DNA of 64,000 nt from Stylophora pistillata. Its lineage: Eukaryota. Location: assembly GCF_002571385.2 (NCBI RefSeq), contig NW_019218336.1:6207-70206 (forward strand). Direction: 5' to 3'. Positions within the stretch are counted from its first letter, which is position 1. Each line of letters starts with the position of its first letter. This document shows positions 1 through 13,522 of the stretch, piece after piece. The notes under the pieces are model-generated. The model made no database searches. It saw only the letters and a list, made by a program, of their open reading frames with translations, and was not told the DNA's origin. The position numbers and the translations under genes are program-made.

Positions 1-229
1 CGAACGTGCAAAATGCTGAGGTTTAGGAAATCTTTATAGCTATTTTAACGAATAGTTTGCAGGATAGAATTCGAGCAGGAGGACAAGCCCGCTATTTCGA
101 AAAGTAAAGTTTTAAAATTTTCTCTTTACATTCCGCATGCTTTCGGTTGCGCCTCACTGCCTTTTTAACTCGCATTTATTAATTTCCACAGTGGTTGCGG
201 GTTCATTTATAAGCCAAATAGTGAGGGCT

Positions 230-830
230 ACAAAATGCACTGCGCCACTATGTTTCCCAAGTTATTTTTTCTCGCATACTTTGATATTTACATGATTCAA
301 GAGAAGGAGGTGAACTGTTAAAAACCCATCAAATCTCAACGAATTTGGGTAAGTTAACAGACTCTGTTTTATGATGTTCGTGGTGTTTGCCTGGAGCTTT
401 CGTGCTATGTTTATTAATTGTGTCTGCAAACCAATACGTTTCTTCAGCACTTCCTTATTGCAAATAAATTTTGGAATCTCAGAAGGGTGACATGGGCAGA
501 TTGATAGACGTACAGAGTTGTAGAGAATGTGGAATGGAGTATGGAATAAGGATAAGAAGCAGTTATGATTATGAAAGTGTCATATAGCGGATTCTGTCAA
601 AGATGCGATTTAAACCGGCATTTGCAATCACAAAAATTGTCGGCATCTGTATCTTCACAACGTTGCCAGGTCGAGGCTGTTCTGGTTCGACTACAATTTT
701 CATAGATAAGAAGGATTGAATGCAGCTTATTCGGAACACTTCTTTTGGTTTCGTCGACAAAACGGCTCGCTCATCAGATTGTATAGGAGGGATTCTCAGA
801 AAAAGAATATCATTTTCCGAGAAATGTATT
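230..830. repeat. Upstream flank shared between the two duplicated units
   Basis: 230-510 resembles 6283-6520 (gctacaaaat..gccactatgtttcccaag). 600-830 resembles 7115-7350 (tttcgtcgacaaaa..attgtata.gagggattct). Confidence 0.7.
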
Positions 831-1815
831 CCGCCGAAAAAAACTTAACAGTCAAATCAAACCTTGACAATGAGCAAACAAACGGAGCATAATATTATGG
901 AATACACGTTGAAGAATAAACAGCTTTTGAATCGCGGTACTGACAATTAATTACAACAGCAATGAAAAAAAAAAAACTTCAAGACTTTCGGAATTCGTCG
1001 AAACCGGAAAATGAAAGCGGTGTACTTCTTTTGTAATTGGCATAACGTTCAAAAGCTTTAGGGAAACTATTTTGAGGAAACTTCTTGCAGCGTGAAAGTA
1101 GCTTGAAGATTATGAAAAACTTGGCTTCCAATACATGTGTGTAAAAATTATTCAAGGCCTTGTACTTAAGAATGGCTGTCTATGGTGGAGGGCAAAGAGT
1201 GTTTGTGCCGAAAGAGCATATTGCGAGCTTTAGGCCGTTTTGGTGAAATTATCCGAAAACTTTTCAACATCTTGATGTTTGGAAAGAATTTTTTTTTGTA
1301 ATGGCAACTGAGCTTGAAAGATCCTTACGTTCCCAATATTTCCATTTTAAAATCCACTTTCGCTTTCGCTTCAAGCTTTAAAATGTACTCCCTTTGTTCT
1401 TCTTCATTACCTCCAATACCTGAAGGTAAGGCTGATAATTTTTTTTTTATTATTGTATCCGTTGTCGATTTCTTACGAGAATGTATTATTTGCGTGGCTT
1501 CACACTTATCGCTATTTTCTTACCCAGTTCTTTTAAAAGTAATATTCCGAATCTCACCAAAATTTTAAAACCAAGAAATATTGGGACAGAGAATCAGATA
1601 AAAACCAGAACATGTCGATTTCATTGAACTTTTTTTTGGCTTGGGGCAGAAAGCATTGAGGTTTCCTAATGTAGTTTCTTAGAGCCATTTGTTCACGTAT
1701 TACTCAGTTCTACTTAGGATCTAATTTCGTTTATTATACAAATAGAATTATCCAACCTATTTCACTATAACCTGGATAATTCTTGAAATTTACTGGATAT
1801 GTGATTAACTTTTAG

Positions 1816-4305
1816 ACCAAGAACAGTGTACTACTTTGTCCAAAGGACCAGAAATGTCAATGTCAAAATAATTTACTGCTGCAGTGGATGGAAGAAAAGT
1901 CCTTCAAGCTCACGAGAATGCACGAAAGGTACATTACATCACAGACTTTCCTTATTCGCCTAATGGACTTACAAACTAGTTCGCGATAGTGTCGCATCAC
2001 AATTTTTTAATCAAACCTTCTTCTTATATCTTTTTAGCGATCTGCTCCCAAGGTTGTGATTACAATCACGAGTCCTGTGTCGCACCCAATACGTGCCAAT
2101 GTTCTCCGAGATGGACTGGGTCTAACTGTAGCGAAGGTACACTGTATTTACATAGCGTCCATGTGTTGTTATCATCAACGTCTCCCTCGTCATCTCTTGC
2201 ATCTTCATCCCGGAATCATATCGTTATGATAAACCACAATGTACTCTAACTAGTTTTCATTAGTTCTAAGACGGAGACTGAGACCCCATGTAGGGCTTCT
2301 CCGTAGTCAATTTATCGATAGAGCTTTAGAAACTCTTTACGGTGGCCAATTACATTATCAACTCAGTTTATAAAACCAATGCAGCACTAAATTTTCTATA
2401 GAAACGTCCCCGCTCCCCTTATTTATCTAAGGATAGTTCACACTCAGGTGATAACTTTAGCGCTCCTTGAATATTTCGCTGAAACATACAAGCAAATAGA
2501 CACCGTTCAGGAGTACACGTGAACAAATTTACGACGCATGATTGCATTTTCCTAGATCCTTGAACTGATATTTTCTCCTTTGCGTATATGAGAAACATAT
2601 GTCGTGTGTTTTCATACATAGACAAAGATGAATGTGCTACATATAATGTTGGATGTGACCAACATTGTGTGAATGTTCCCGGCTCATATCAGTGTAGCTG
2701 CAATATTGGATACACCAAGCATGGCCACAACTGTATAGGTATCATCTCCATCATGACGTTCAGAAGTGCTCATTTGTGCTATGTTCTCCGTTAGGTATGG
2801 CATTTTAAAAGTGTATTGAGGAGGAAAATTGTTGTTGATTTTCTCTTACTCAGCCGAAATACGGCGTCTAAGTATAGAAGGAAGGGGGGGATTGTTTTCC
2901 CAGTTATGCAGGAACTTAGGTAATTTTTTCCTCTTCGTTTTGCTAACTGTTCCGAGTCCTCAGTGAACTGTGAAAATTGTAATTATCATAGAACTTGTCG
3001 TAGAGAATTGTTTAATCGTTCCTTGTGCAGCCAACTGTATGTCCTGCTGGCTCTCACAGCTCTGTGAACCCGACATGCGCTCTTTGTCCGCTTGGTTTTT
3101 ACCAGCCCTATTCTGGTCAGATGGATTGCCTTCCCTGTGGACAAGGTTTCATCACAGCCTCACCAGGAGATGTCGGTGAATCGCAGTGCGAAGGTAACCT
3201 ATTTCTTTCTGCTCTAACACTAACGTCTAGTCTCCAGACTCTAATGCAACTCTACTTTGTCGGTCAAATCATTGAAAATTTCAACGTTGACACAATTGTG
3301 AACTGAGTATATATTTTTTACTTTGAACATGACAGACATTCAAAAATCCGTTACTAAAGACAAGATAACCATTTCTACACCATTGGCAACATCGCGATGT
3401 GATGAAGCGAAGGTAGGTAGACTTTCTCGATGAATAAATTGGACCCGCAACAAGACAAGAAAATGGTAAACAAGTTTTTTACGATGCTCTCAGTTAAAAG
3501 CTGAGATGCTAAAACTTTACGATAGTGTAAGGTGAGCTGGCTGACAAGGAGAGGCTAATTTTGTTGCTGCATGCGTGTAACAAGTTCTTTGTAGTTGTTT
3601 ATCGCGCCACTGGTTATAGCCAATGGGCTCCTCTTCCAATGTCTTTCATTTTTCTTGTCAGAAAAGCACCAATAAACAACTTACAACTAAGACTCCAGAA
3701 GAGGCCAAAGAACAGGAAAATGCTGAAGAGTTTTTTTGGAAACTTCCCGTCACCATTGGTACACCACTCGCTGCAGTGCTAGGTAGGCCGTGTACAATCA
3801 TATAAACGTTTCTCATACTATCTCAACTGATATCTGGATAATTAATGAGTAACACGCCCTACACTTTCTTCACCTGATAGCAAGCGCACCTTGAGTTTCG
3901 TAAATCATTTGACCCTTCTGCATAAAAGAAAACGCAAACATCCAAAGCTCAGAAGAACCGAAACTTGTACTTGTTTTTTTGGTGAACCTCGATGCACGAT
4001 CAACTTATTTTTCTTTTGTTTTGATTCTGACACTTGCTGTATTTTAATCAGTGTTAGGTGCCATACTTTTGGTATTCTTCATCCGTAAGAGGCGGAGAGT
4101 AAGAAGGAATTATTTACCGGCAAGAACGGCACAGTTTGAGAATCCAGCCTACCTGGGTAACCCAAACGTAAAGCGAAAGGGAAAACGCACAGAGGATAAC
4201 GAATATTCATTCGCAGAGGGGCCAGAAGATGGTCCTGGAGATGGTCCTGAAGACTACGACGACAAAGGGGACTTCAAAACCAAGGATGCCGATGAGCCGA
4301 TATAA
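1816..4305 (+). pseudogene. Short, internally deleted paralog of the EMI/EGF receptor (EMI C-half, NIM/EGF, cbEGF, ephrin-receptor-like Cys repeat, stalk, TM, FENPAY tail)
   Basis: GT-AG exons 1816-1928 (..IIYCCSGW..), 2038-2136, 2622-2738, 3031-3193, 3336-3412, 3662-3782 and 4052-4305, each homologous to an exon of the 8976-25933 gene. Exon 3031-3193 is 163 nt, a +4 frameshift (CCAACTGT[ATGT]CCT) relative to the 159-nt unit. TAA at 4303-4305 aligns with TAT (Tyr) of the paralog. No first EMI exon is found upstream within the window. Confidence 0.75.
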
Positions 4306-4369
4306 GAAACTTTGCATAGCTCCTCAAAGGAGAAAACCACTTTTACTTTAACAAACTCAGGCTTTTAGT

Positions 4370-5480
4370 AAGGCAGCGATGGTTTAATGTTTGGCGTTCT
4401 TTTCCCTTTTGACCTTGATTTCATGTGTTTCGGTTCGTTTTCGTCAGGGCAACTTTAACCTTTTTGCTTTGTCAACGAAATGGAATAAGGTAATGATTAC
4501 AGGCGTAAGAAAATCTCCCCCCTCTTTCTCTCAAAAACGACGAATTTCGTAGTAAGACCCCGCCCCCGCCCCTCTGATCCCCCCACCCCATCCAATACCT
4601 TTTTTGATGCTTTGTTCATGTGTATACGTTCAACAATATATTCAGCTGGAAATTATACCTCCCTCTAAATGATTAATTCTGCATCATCCAAACTAGTCAA
4701 GGTCAGCTTTTTTGCTGAGATTTTTCCGGGTATTACAGAAATAAAGTTGAATGATATGAATGATAAAGATGAATGCTTTCATCTCTAACATGTACATTAG
4801 AAGAGAATTTATCAATTGCCTAAGAATAATTTAAGAAAAAAATTATGCAGTAATTCAGTGATCTACATTGAGTAGTCAGTGGATTTTAGAATTGTTTGAA
4901 CATATTTATATAAAGTTCCACTTACATCTTGTGTGTAAAATCTCATTTCTATTTCCGCTTGTGTCCATTTGAAAACAGCTTATGATAAGCGGAGCTCTAT
5001 TCGGAGATTTAAGGGCTGATAATTTGACGCAATCCAGGGGCTAACAGTCTAAGCTCAGAGTAAATTTCGGGGTTGGAGAAATTTACCAATAGTACTGAGA
5101 AATAATCTTTCCCCTTGCATCAAGGGAAAATGCTTTAAAGTCAGAAAGCATACATGAATTGTTGCCCTACGTTAAGTTGGGCGAGATACGTTCGACCTCC
5201 AACAAGACAAACCTTTGATGTTCACACTAGGGAGAGGTTCATTTTGGTTCACTATGTGTTATCTCTTCTAAACCCCTAGGGAGGGTGCTCTGATTGACTG
5301 GAGGTGACATTGGTTTTGACCGTAGATTACACCAAGTACTCACAGTTTATGTTTTCTCACACAATTCGCTCACCATTTGAGCTTTTTCTCGGAGCCTTCG
5401 TTGACATTAACAAAAGAAAAAAGGGTCTAAGAATTTAGTAATTTTTTGGTATCTGAAATTCACTCAAGACAATCGCCCTT
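4370..5480. repeat. Duplicated 3' flank of the receptor, fused to a copy of the METTL7 3' UTR/flank
   Basis: 4370-5120 resembles 25934-27145 (e.g. tttcggggttggag.aatt.acca..agtact.agaaataatcttt). 5161-5480 resembles 33922-34260 (gttgccc.acg..aagttggg ... caacaagacaaacc ... ccctagggagggtgc). Confidence 0.75.
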
Positions 5481-8400
5481 TCCTCCCTAGTTTTGTACAA
5501 ATGTCCCCTGCGAGTCACTACATGTGTTTGTGCAAACTGCCACTAAAAACTGAAAATACTCTCAAAAACTGGAAATGAATAAATCAAAATGCAGCAAGGT
5601 CTACTGACATACATAAGACATAGCTTATTACAATACACTGTTCTCCCGCTCGTACATGGCTTGATTAAGGGAACACTGAGAAACAGTTTTAATTTTCTCG
5701 TCGCCACGAAATGTTTCAGTAAATGTTCGCTAAGCTCTGCTCTGGTAAACAGACATAATTTTCTCAATGAAGTGCCGCAGCCATTTCTGTATATATGACA
5801 GACCTTGCTAGTGGTTCAGCAGAGGCTGAACTTGAAGGCGACCTCGCATGAATTCCTTGAGGCACTTTGGCCAGCTGCTTGTTGTTTAGCAAGCATTCTC
5901 TTCGTGTCTCTCTACCTTGTCTGGATTTGGATCCACAATATGGGAGTCCTTCCCTTCGAAAATGTACTCCTTCACGATTGTGGATTTTGCAAACATTTTT
6001 TAACATTTTTAAAAGTTTTCACAGAATAACACCTCCCAAACCTTCAGTTCTTCGATTTTTACAAGTGTAGAAGGAATTCTATCTTTTAAAGAAGCTCCTG
6101 GAATATCGCTTTCAAAAAGAACAACATCTGCAAGATCACTCGAAGAAAAGGACGCCAAGATGTTCTAAAATGCCTCGATTTCAAGTTTCTGAACACTCGT
6201 CCCAGTTTAAAACCGCGGGACAGCCATAGTTACGAACTGTTTGCACAGTCGGTTTGGGTTCGTTGATAATCCCGTCAGGGAATGCTACAAAATTTACTGT
6301 GCCACTATGTTTCCCAAGATATTTTTTGTCACATGCTTGGTTACATGCTTCAAGGGAACGACGCAAACTGTTATAAACCCGTCAAATCTCTACACATATG
6401 GGTAAGTCAGCTAACAGATTTTTATGATGTGCTTTCGTTTTCAAAGTATCATGTTTATTGTGTGTGCAAACCGCTCACTTCCTGCATATATCTCAGAAGG
6501 TTGATACGCAGGTAGATATACACAAATAATTGTAGTTTAATAAGTCACAGTTTAAGTCTGGAGAGAGTAAGAAACAATTCTTGGCTTTACGTTTCACACC
6601 ATAGACAAATCATCGTTGTAAGAAATGAAATAAAAAAAACATCAACGAAAAAAAAAAAAAAACCAAACCAAACGAAAGACGAAAGCAAAAGGCGGGTTGC
6701 AATATCGGTCGAAATTAAGCGCAGTTAGAATCTTATTAGAACATAGAAAGGTATCGAAGAGCTTTCATGAAAGTTGTGGAGCAGAGACACAGAACTCCCG
6801 CCTTTGTTTTAATTTAAAATAGAGCAAATATAGAACCTTGACAGTGCTCTTTTCTGTACAACTACATCTCATGTTTTTCCCCACACTTCTTTCGTGCTCT
6901 GGCCGCTTCTTGCGCGCTTCACAACAGAACTCCTCAAGAGCACAGTCAAGGCCTCTTTATTTGTTTAGTAACCATGAATTTACCCCTTATTAATTATGCA
7001 TAGCCAGTAGGCTCGAACAAACTTGCTTGTCGTGGACTTAAAGTGAAACTTAAAAAATATCATCTCTTTTCCATTTTTGTGTTAAGGTAGATATGGTTAT
7101 GAATGTACTTTGACGCCGATTCAGCTTAAGATGCGAGTAAAACCGACATTTGCTCTCACAAAACTTGGCATTTGCATTTTTATGACGTCTTCAGATCAAG
7201 GCTGTTCAGGCACAAATGCTAGAGATAAGAAAGACTGAATGCAGCCTATTTAGAGTTCATATTTTCGTTTCGTCGACAAAATGGTTTCCTAATCAAATTG
7301 TATACGAGGGATTCTAGGACAGTGATTATCATTTTTCGAGAGATGTTTTCCGTAAATAACATAAAGGGCGACCAAACACCAAATTTGTTTCCACAGTATA
7401 AATCTCCTTTTCTTACCTATAACAAAGTCGGAAAATTTAAAGTCGCGTCTAATTTAGTAATTGTTTTCATGAATTTTCAAAGATCCCAGAATTTTTCACG
7501 ACTGGTGAATGACGCGAATAACAATTCATGTATAGGAAGGTCTCCGTCGCTTTGTAATGCGTTTGTACGTCAAGGATCGATCGATTTCCCGTCAGTCTCT
7601 CGCCTTTGTATACTTTTGTGTCTGAGAATGTAGTTTCTGAGTCACATTTATTAGCCGCAAATTTGCTCATCTGTCAGTTGTTCATTTGATGGGCTCCTCA
7701 CGTGCTTCTTGCGTGACTCAATCTTTTAACCTTCAGCCTTTGGCTTTGTTTTCTTCTGTGAGACTTTTAACCGCTCATTTTTATTTCGTTCATGGTTCTT
7801 CCTTATTGTTCGTTTTTGAGGAGGCAGGGAATGTACCCGCACAAGATTCAATTTCTTTGTACTTCTCTATTGCTAGTTTGTGCTCTCAAATTTTCAAAAA
7901 GCGCGTCGACATCGATTAGTCTAGCTTTCGATTCCTTAGCTGATTTGCGGTAATTAGATAGCGGCGTATTATCTGATTAAAGTAGTCTACAAGGAGACAC
8001 CAAAATGATCGCAATGTTCGCCCTTACGTTGTATCGTACGCTTTTTGGGCATTTTCCCTTCTCGAGGTGAGCTTGTAAGAGTCCGATAGAGTTCTTTCTC
8101 CGTAGTGTAAGGGGTTTCTTGACTTCATTTTATCGAAGTTTCGCTTTCGGCACACAATCGATTTCCTCCCTCTCCACGTCATAGTCCGATAGCTGCGGAT
8201 GCTTCGGATTCATAAAGTCACTGTCCGAGTTTGTGTCTCCAGATGACATGGCTTTCTTTAGGAACTTTATGGAAGTTCCTCAATGTTTAAAGAACGGGAA
8301 ATTCCCAAACGTATTTGGGAACGCGTCTTTAAGCATTTCATTTCAGCCTTGTAGCGTGGTTCCGGGATGACGTAACAACCTTCCCGATCCAGGTTCCAAG

Positions 8401-10346
8401 ATGAATGGTCGTGAACATAAAAAATTAACCGTTTTTTACTTCTGTCTGTCTTACATGTCAACTCAGGCATGTGATAGTCTGGACATAACAATACCGTCCC
8501 ATTAATTTATTTTGATAAAACGCACTCAGGATAAGGATCGTTACTCGAGCTGAAGTTCAATATATGGCGAGCGTCCATTCAGAAACTATCGCCAACAATC
8601 CCACTAACACAACGTCTCTTACGGCACTACAAGAAATATCCGAGCCAATCAAACACAGCGCCTGCTTTTGCGTCTGTGTTGACTTTCTGCTCACCCGTGT
8701 GCGCGTTTGAGTTATTCAGTCACACCTGATTTCGCCCTGAGGGAAATCGAATTGGTTTCTATGATTTACCACTAGATCGTGGCAGAATTTGTTGTTTCTG
8801 AATAAGATGTCTTTAATGTGTCTTCCGAAACAGTGGTAATGGACACATGAATCAAATTCAGTTAGCCGCTTTAACTCTTAGGTTTCTTTTAATTATATGA
8901 TAGGCATTACCACCCTTATGCAATTTCAGCGCTCGCACTTGCGCAAACTTGTGACTGTCTTGTTGTGTCTCGCAGGCAAAACGTTTGTTACAAGTATAAA
9001 GTGCAGACTGAGGCTTACTACACTGTTACATCAAGGAAAACATACACACACACAACAACCAGTTGTGGATGGTTTGGTTGGTTCAGATGTGACTCAACAA
9101 GGTCAGTAAATATATTAAAAAAAAACATGCTCCTAACATTAAGCAGCTTTTATCTGAGCCAAAAAGGAAATATCAAATGATGAGTACAAGTGCGTTTTGG
9201 GATGCCAGATGGTAACCTTACCTTTCGAGAATTTGACTGCAGACTGCCATTTAAAATTTTTTTTAGCGAGCTAGCCATAGTCCCTTACCCAGACCTTCCG
9301 CGGCCAAGTGGTGGTGAGGTCCCTACATTTTATTAAACACGGTATGACCTGGGAACAAGATTAACTTAGGCACTTATCTACAACTTAATAGTTCCACTTG
9401 TCCTTTTTCCATCTAACCGGTTTGCCTCTCGCCAGTTGAGATTGGTATCAATTCTACTCCTTTAAGTCCATTTGTTTACGTATTACTCATTTTCATTCAT
9501 CATTCAAATACAATTATCCAGCCAATTTCATTATAAGCTGAGTAATTTCTTTCTTGAAATTCGCTGGATATGTGGTCATCTTCCAGACCCAAAATAGTGT
9601 ACTACGGTGTCCAAAGAACCAGAAATGTCAACGTGAAAATAATTTACTGCTGCGGTGGATGGAGGAAAAGTCATTCAAGCTCAAGAGAATGCACGAAAGG
9701 TACATTACATCACAGATTTTGCTTATTCGCCTCATGGACCTCCAAACTAGTTCGTGGTAATGTCACATCAAAATTTATTCAATTAAATTTTCTTTTTATA
9801 TCTTTTTAGCGATCTGCTCTCAAGGTTGTAATTCCAATCACGGGTCTTGCGTCGCACCCAACCAGTGCCGATGTTCTTCGGGATGGACTGGGTCTACCTG
9901 TAGCGTAGGTACACAGTCTTATCAACGTCTTCCTCGTCATCTTTACCATCGTTATCGCGGGCGCATATCGTTGTGATAAACCATAATGTCCTCCAACCAG
10001 TTTTCATTTGTCCTAAGACGAGATCAAATTTCGAGATCAAATCGGGTGACCGAGAGCCCATGTAGGCCTTATCCGTAGGTAATTTATGAATAGAGCATAG
10101 AAAACTATTTTTGGTGGCTAATTCACATTATCACCTCAGTTGGTAAAGCCAATTCCAGGGCGGAGTAATGCTTTATGAACCTCGGCAGGGTTCATGTATG
10201 TTTTGATGGAAAGCAAATAGACGCTGCTTAGGTGTACAAGTAAACAAATTTGCGACGTATGATTGCTTTCTCCTTGATCCTTTTAGGATCTCATAAAATT
10301 GGATTGCTATAAAATTAACTTTAGTCTCTTCTACGGATCTTTTTTC

Positions 10347-10357
10347 NNNNNNNNNNN
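10347..10357. other. Assembly gap (11 N)
   Basis: Run of N. Confidence 1.
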
Positions 10358-12952
10358 TGAGGAGAAATTAGGGTAGAAGTGAAGTTGGTAGTGACAGTCT
10401 CGTGTTTTTATGCGTAGATAAAGATGAATGTAATACAAATAATGGCGGATGTGACCAAAATTGTGTTAATATTCCTGGCTCATATCGGTGCAGCTGCAAC
10501 ATTGGATACACCCAGCATAGCCACAGCTGTCAAGGTATGATCTCCATCATGACGTTTAGCTATGCAAATTTTAAATTACCTTTGTCCTAAGACGGGATCA
10601 AACTCCGGAATCAAATCGAGAGACCGAGACCCCATGTAGGCCTCATTCGTAGGTAATTTATGAAAAGAGGTTTAGAAAACTCTCTATGGTGGCCAATGCA
10701 ATTTATAACATAACCAAAGTAAATCGCGCGCTCTGATTGGTCAATTTAGAAAACTCTCTATAGTGGCCAATGCAATTTATCTCAGCACCTCAGTTGGTAG
10801 AACCATGTCCATTTCAAAAGTGTTGGGTCTAACTGGGCCTTTTTCGGGTAAGGAGCCGCCACCTTCCGTTGGTTAAATTTCACAGTTTTGTCATCATTCT
10901 CAAGAGAGATTTCTAAATTTTTAACAACACTGGCGATGCCAAAACTGAAGTTCCCCTCATTTTTCCATTTGATGAAGAGGTGCCTTTGAATTAATGGCCC
11001 GCCTTGATTAGCAGTGCTATCTGAGGAGCCAGGGGAATAAGGATTTATTGTCATTGTTATTGTTAAATAAACCTACTATTTAATTGGTTTCATAAAGGAG
11101 AAGGCAAATATAAAGCACCCATAAGCAATGATTCTGTTTTAAAACTAAAACCATCTCCATCATACACACTCCTCGCTTTACTTGTAAGCCAAGTTGTCTA
11201 TGCGTAGTCACCGTCTGTGTCTCATTTTTAGACATTGACGAATGTCAGACGTTATTACCGACACCTTGCAGTTGTGGTGTTCCTGGAGAGCCCTGTGGTG
11301 CAAACTGCGTCAACCTGGTTCCTAGCTACAAGTGTACCTGTGCACCAGGATTTCAGCTCCGAAGTGGTGGAACCATCTGCGATGGTAATGTTTAAAGAAA
11401 CTGTTACTGATTTGTCAAATGGAAGAGAATCGAAGAGGGCTTGCTCAGGGTGTGGGTAAAACACAATTTAATGCGCTTTTGATCATTACATGTTAAAAAT
11501 CGCACTATAAATTAATAAGTTATTATAAAATCATTATAATGTAAAGGAAATACTGCCAGTGTCTTGAGTCTCTGTGTGATACAAATATGTATTACATGTA
11601 TTTGTCTTTAAGATGTCAACGAATGTTTAAAGGCCAATGGAGGATGCCCACAAACATGCCATAATCAACCTGGAAATTTCTCATGCGGATGCTATAACGG
11701 CTTCAACCTCATCAGCGGGAACAATGGTACTTACTGCGAAGGTGAAATAACTTACTTAGTACTAGTTTTTCAGGAGATGGTAAGCAAAAACTTTAGTGTC
11801 AGGGCAGCTTGAAAGTGATCAGAATAGCAACTTGCCAGCCAGCCAATGGTTACCCCCTCTATTTGACTCATTGCACAGTACCACTGTTGTAAGACTGACA
11901 GCAATATTACTCTCTGTTGTCAGATATTGACGAATGCCTCTCAAGTAATGGTTTCTGCACCCACCAGTGCGTGAACACTGAGGGATCTTATCGCTGTGAA
12001 TGCCCCGTTGGGTTTGTCTTGGATTCAAATGGAAGATCTTGCTCGGGTATATTACCCCTAGTGAACATGCCTGCAACTTTATTTGAGACAGCGGCGGAGC
12101 ACAGGCAAATGTTTTTTCTTTCTGTCATAACCACCTATTCAACAAATGGTAAACACCACAGCGTGCACTACTGAGTTACGAGCGCAAGCGGGAGGTTGCT
12201 AAGCACGAAAGAAGGGTAAAAGCCCGCACTTTACTTTGGTTATGTTGTAACCCTTACATAACACTTGCGGTCAAATTCTCCATTTTGATCAAGCAATCTC
12301 TACAGGTGTTGAGTTGACCGCTTCTTATCAAAACCGCACAGGTAAAAAACCGATAATTTGCTCATGTTACAGATCACGATGAATGTTTGGCAGGCCAACA
12401 TAGCTGCCAGCAAAAGTGTATTAATTACCATGGAAGCTTCTACTGCTCTTGCAACTCAGGATACGAACTCAACGGAGACAACACGACTTGTTCAGGTAAG
12501 AGGTCATATCGTCTCTTTATCATGGCCTTCTCATAGTCTTAGGTAGCACTTCTTTCCATTACCTCTCTGGCTAGTTCACGAATTAAGGAAACAATTATTG
12601 CTTTGAGCAAATGTCACTCTTCCATAGTTATTTACTTAATTTGTTGTTTGCACTATCCACGTACACCTTTTCGAATGAAATTCATTTTACAGATGTGAAC
12701 GAATGCACCCCTATTCGTGTAGAGAACCTTAACAAAACGGTCATCCCAGCAGGATGCGATCAAATCTGTCATAATACACCAGGAAATTATACTTGCAGCT
12801 GTGACCTGGGATATCAGCTTCTATACGATGGAAAGCGGTGCAAAGGTAAGAGTGTCTGATAAACCTTTTGTAACACTGTGGAACATAAACACAACTCCAC
12901 TTCATTTGTAACCTTCCTAAAAAAATGGTCGTCTAGGATGACTGTATATTTG

Positions 12953-13140
12953 ACAATTGGTTCATGCCTTAGCGTGCACTATCGAGTTATGGAGCACGCG
13001 GGAAGTCTGGAGAGGACGAAAGAAGCGTAAGAGCTGCCCGAGGCAATAGCCGAGGGCAACACTAGCTTCTTGAGTGCTCTCCAAACTTCCCACGTGCTCC
13101 ATAACTCGATAGTGCACAGCTGAAAGCATGAACCAATTGT
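12953..13140. mobile_element. ~190-bp palindromic (MITE-like) element
   Basis: Arms caattggttcatgc..gtgcactatcgagttatggagcacg and cgtgctccataactcgatagtgcac..gcatgaaccaattg. Related copy at 49411-49600. Confidence 0.7.
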
Positions 13141-13522
13141 TTTAGAACATAGCCGGTGGAATTGTGCATCAAATCCGACGCGAAAAACGGACAACAATAT
13201 CAAATTGAAGCGAATCGTGACGGCGCTGATGCCGAGTCTTTTTCTGTCGTTTTTCTCTTTTTCTGCCTTTAATAATTCTAGCCCAAGGAAAAAGGTCGAA
13301 AAATTGTCTTCGTTTTGGGACCAGTAGGCCGAGTCTCTGTTTGCATCCATTATTGTCGCGACATATATTATTTTTTCCCGCGCTAACAATATTCGCTCGC
13401 ACGAAAAAAAAAAATTTCTGGCGACGCGATTTGCTGACGCTATCAGCGTGCACTATCGGGATTTTGAGCACGCTTAAGTACACTGAATTTGATTTGCGCG
13501 GCTCTGCTAGCTATGTTCTAAA
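13141..13522. mobile_element. Small TIR-bounded non-autonomous element
   Basis: Terminal inverted repeats tttagaacatagc and gctatgttctaaa. Confidence 0.5.

Noticed and set aside
5540-6520. Patchy protein-like frames on the minus strand, with a diverged copy at 50-510
   Set aside because: Many stops and frame changes and no recognisable motif. It may be a very old pseudogene but cannot be supported without a search.
7800-8560. Fragment ..NSIGLLQAHLEKGK.. reminiscent of retroelement ORF1-like proteins
   Set aside because: Too decayed; no RT/endonuclease motif or termini identifiable.
8770-8835. Possible first (signal-peptide) exon of the receptor ending in phase 2 (..MSLMCLPKQ W)
   Set aside because: The phase fits, but the peptide from the available ATG is not a convincing signal peptide.
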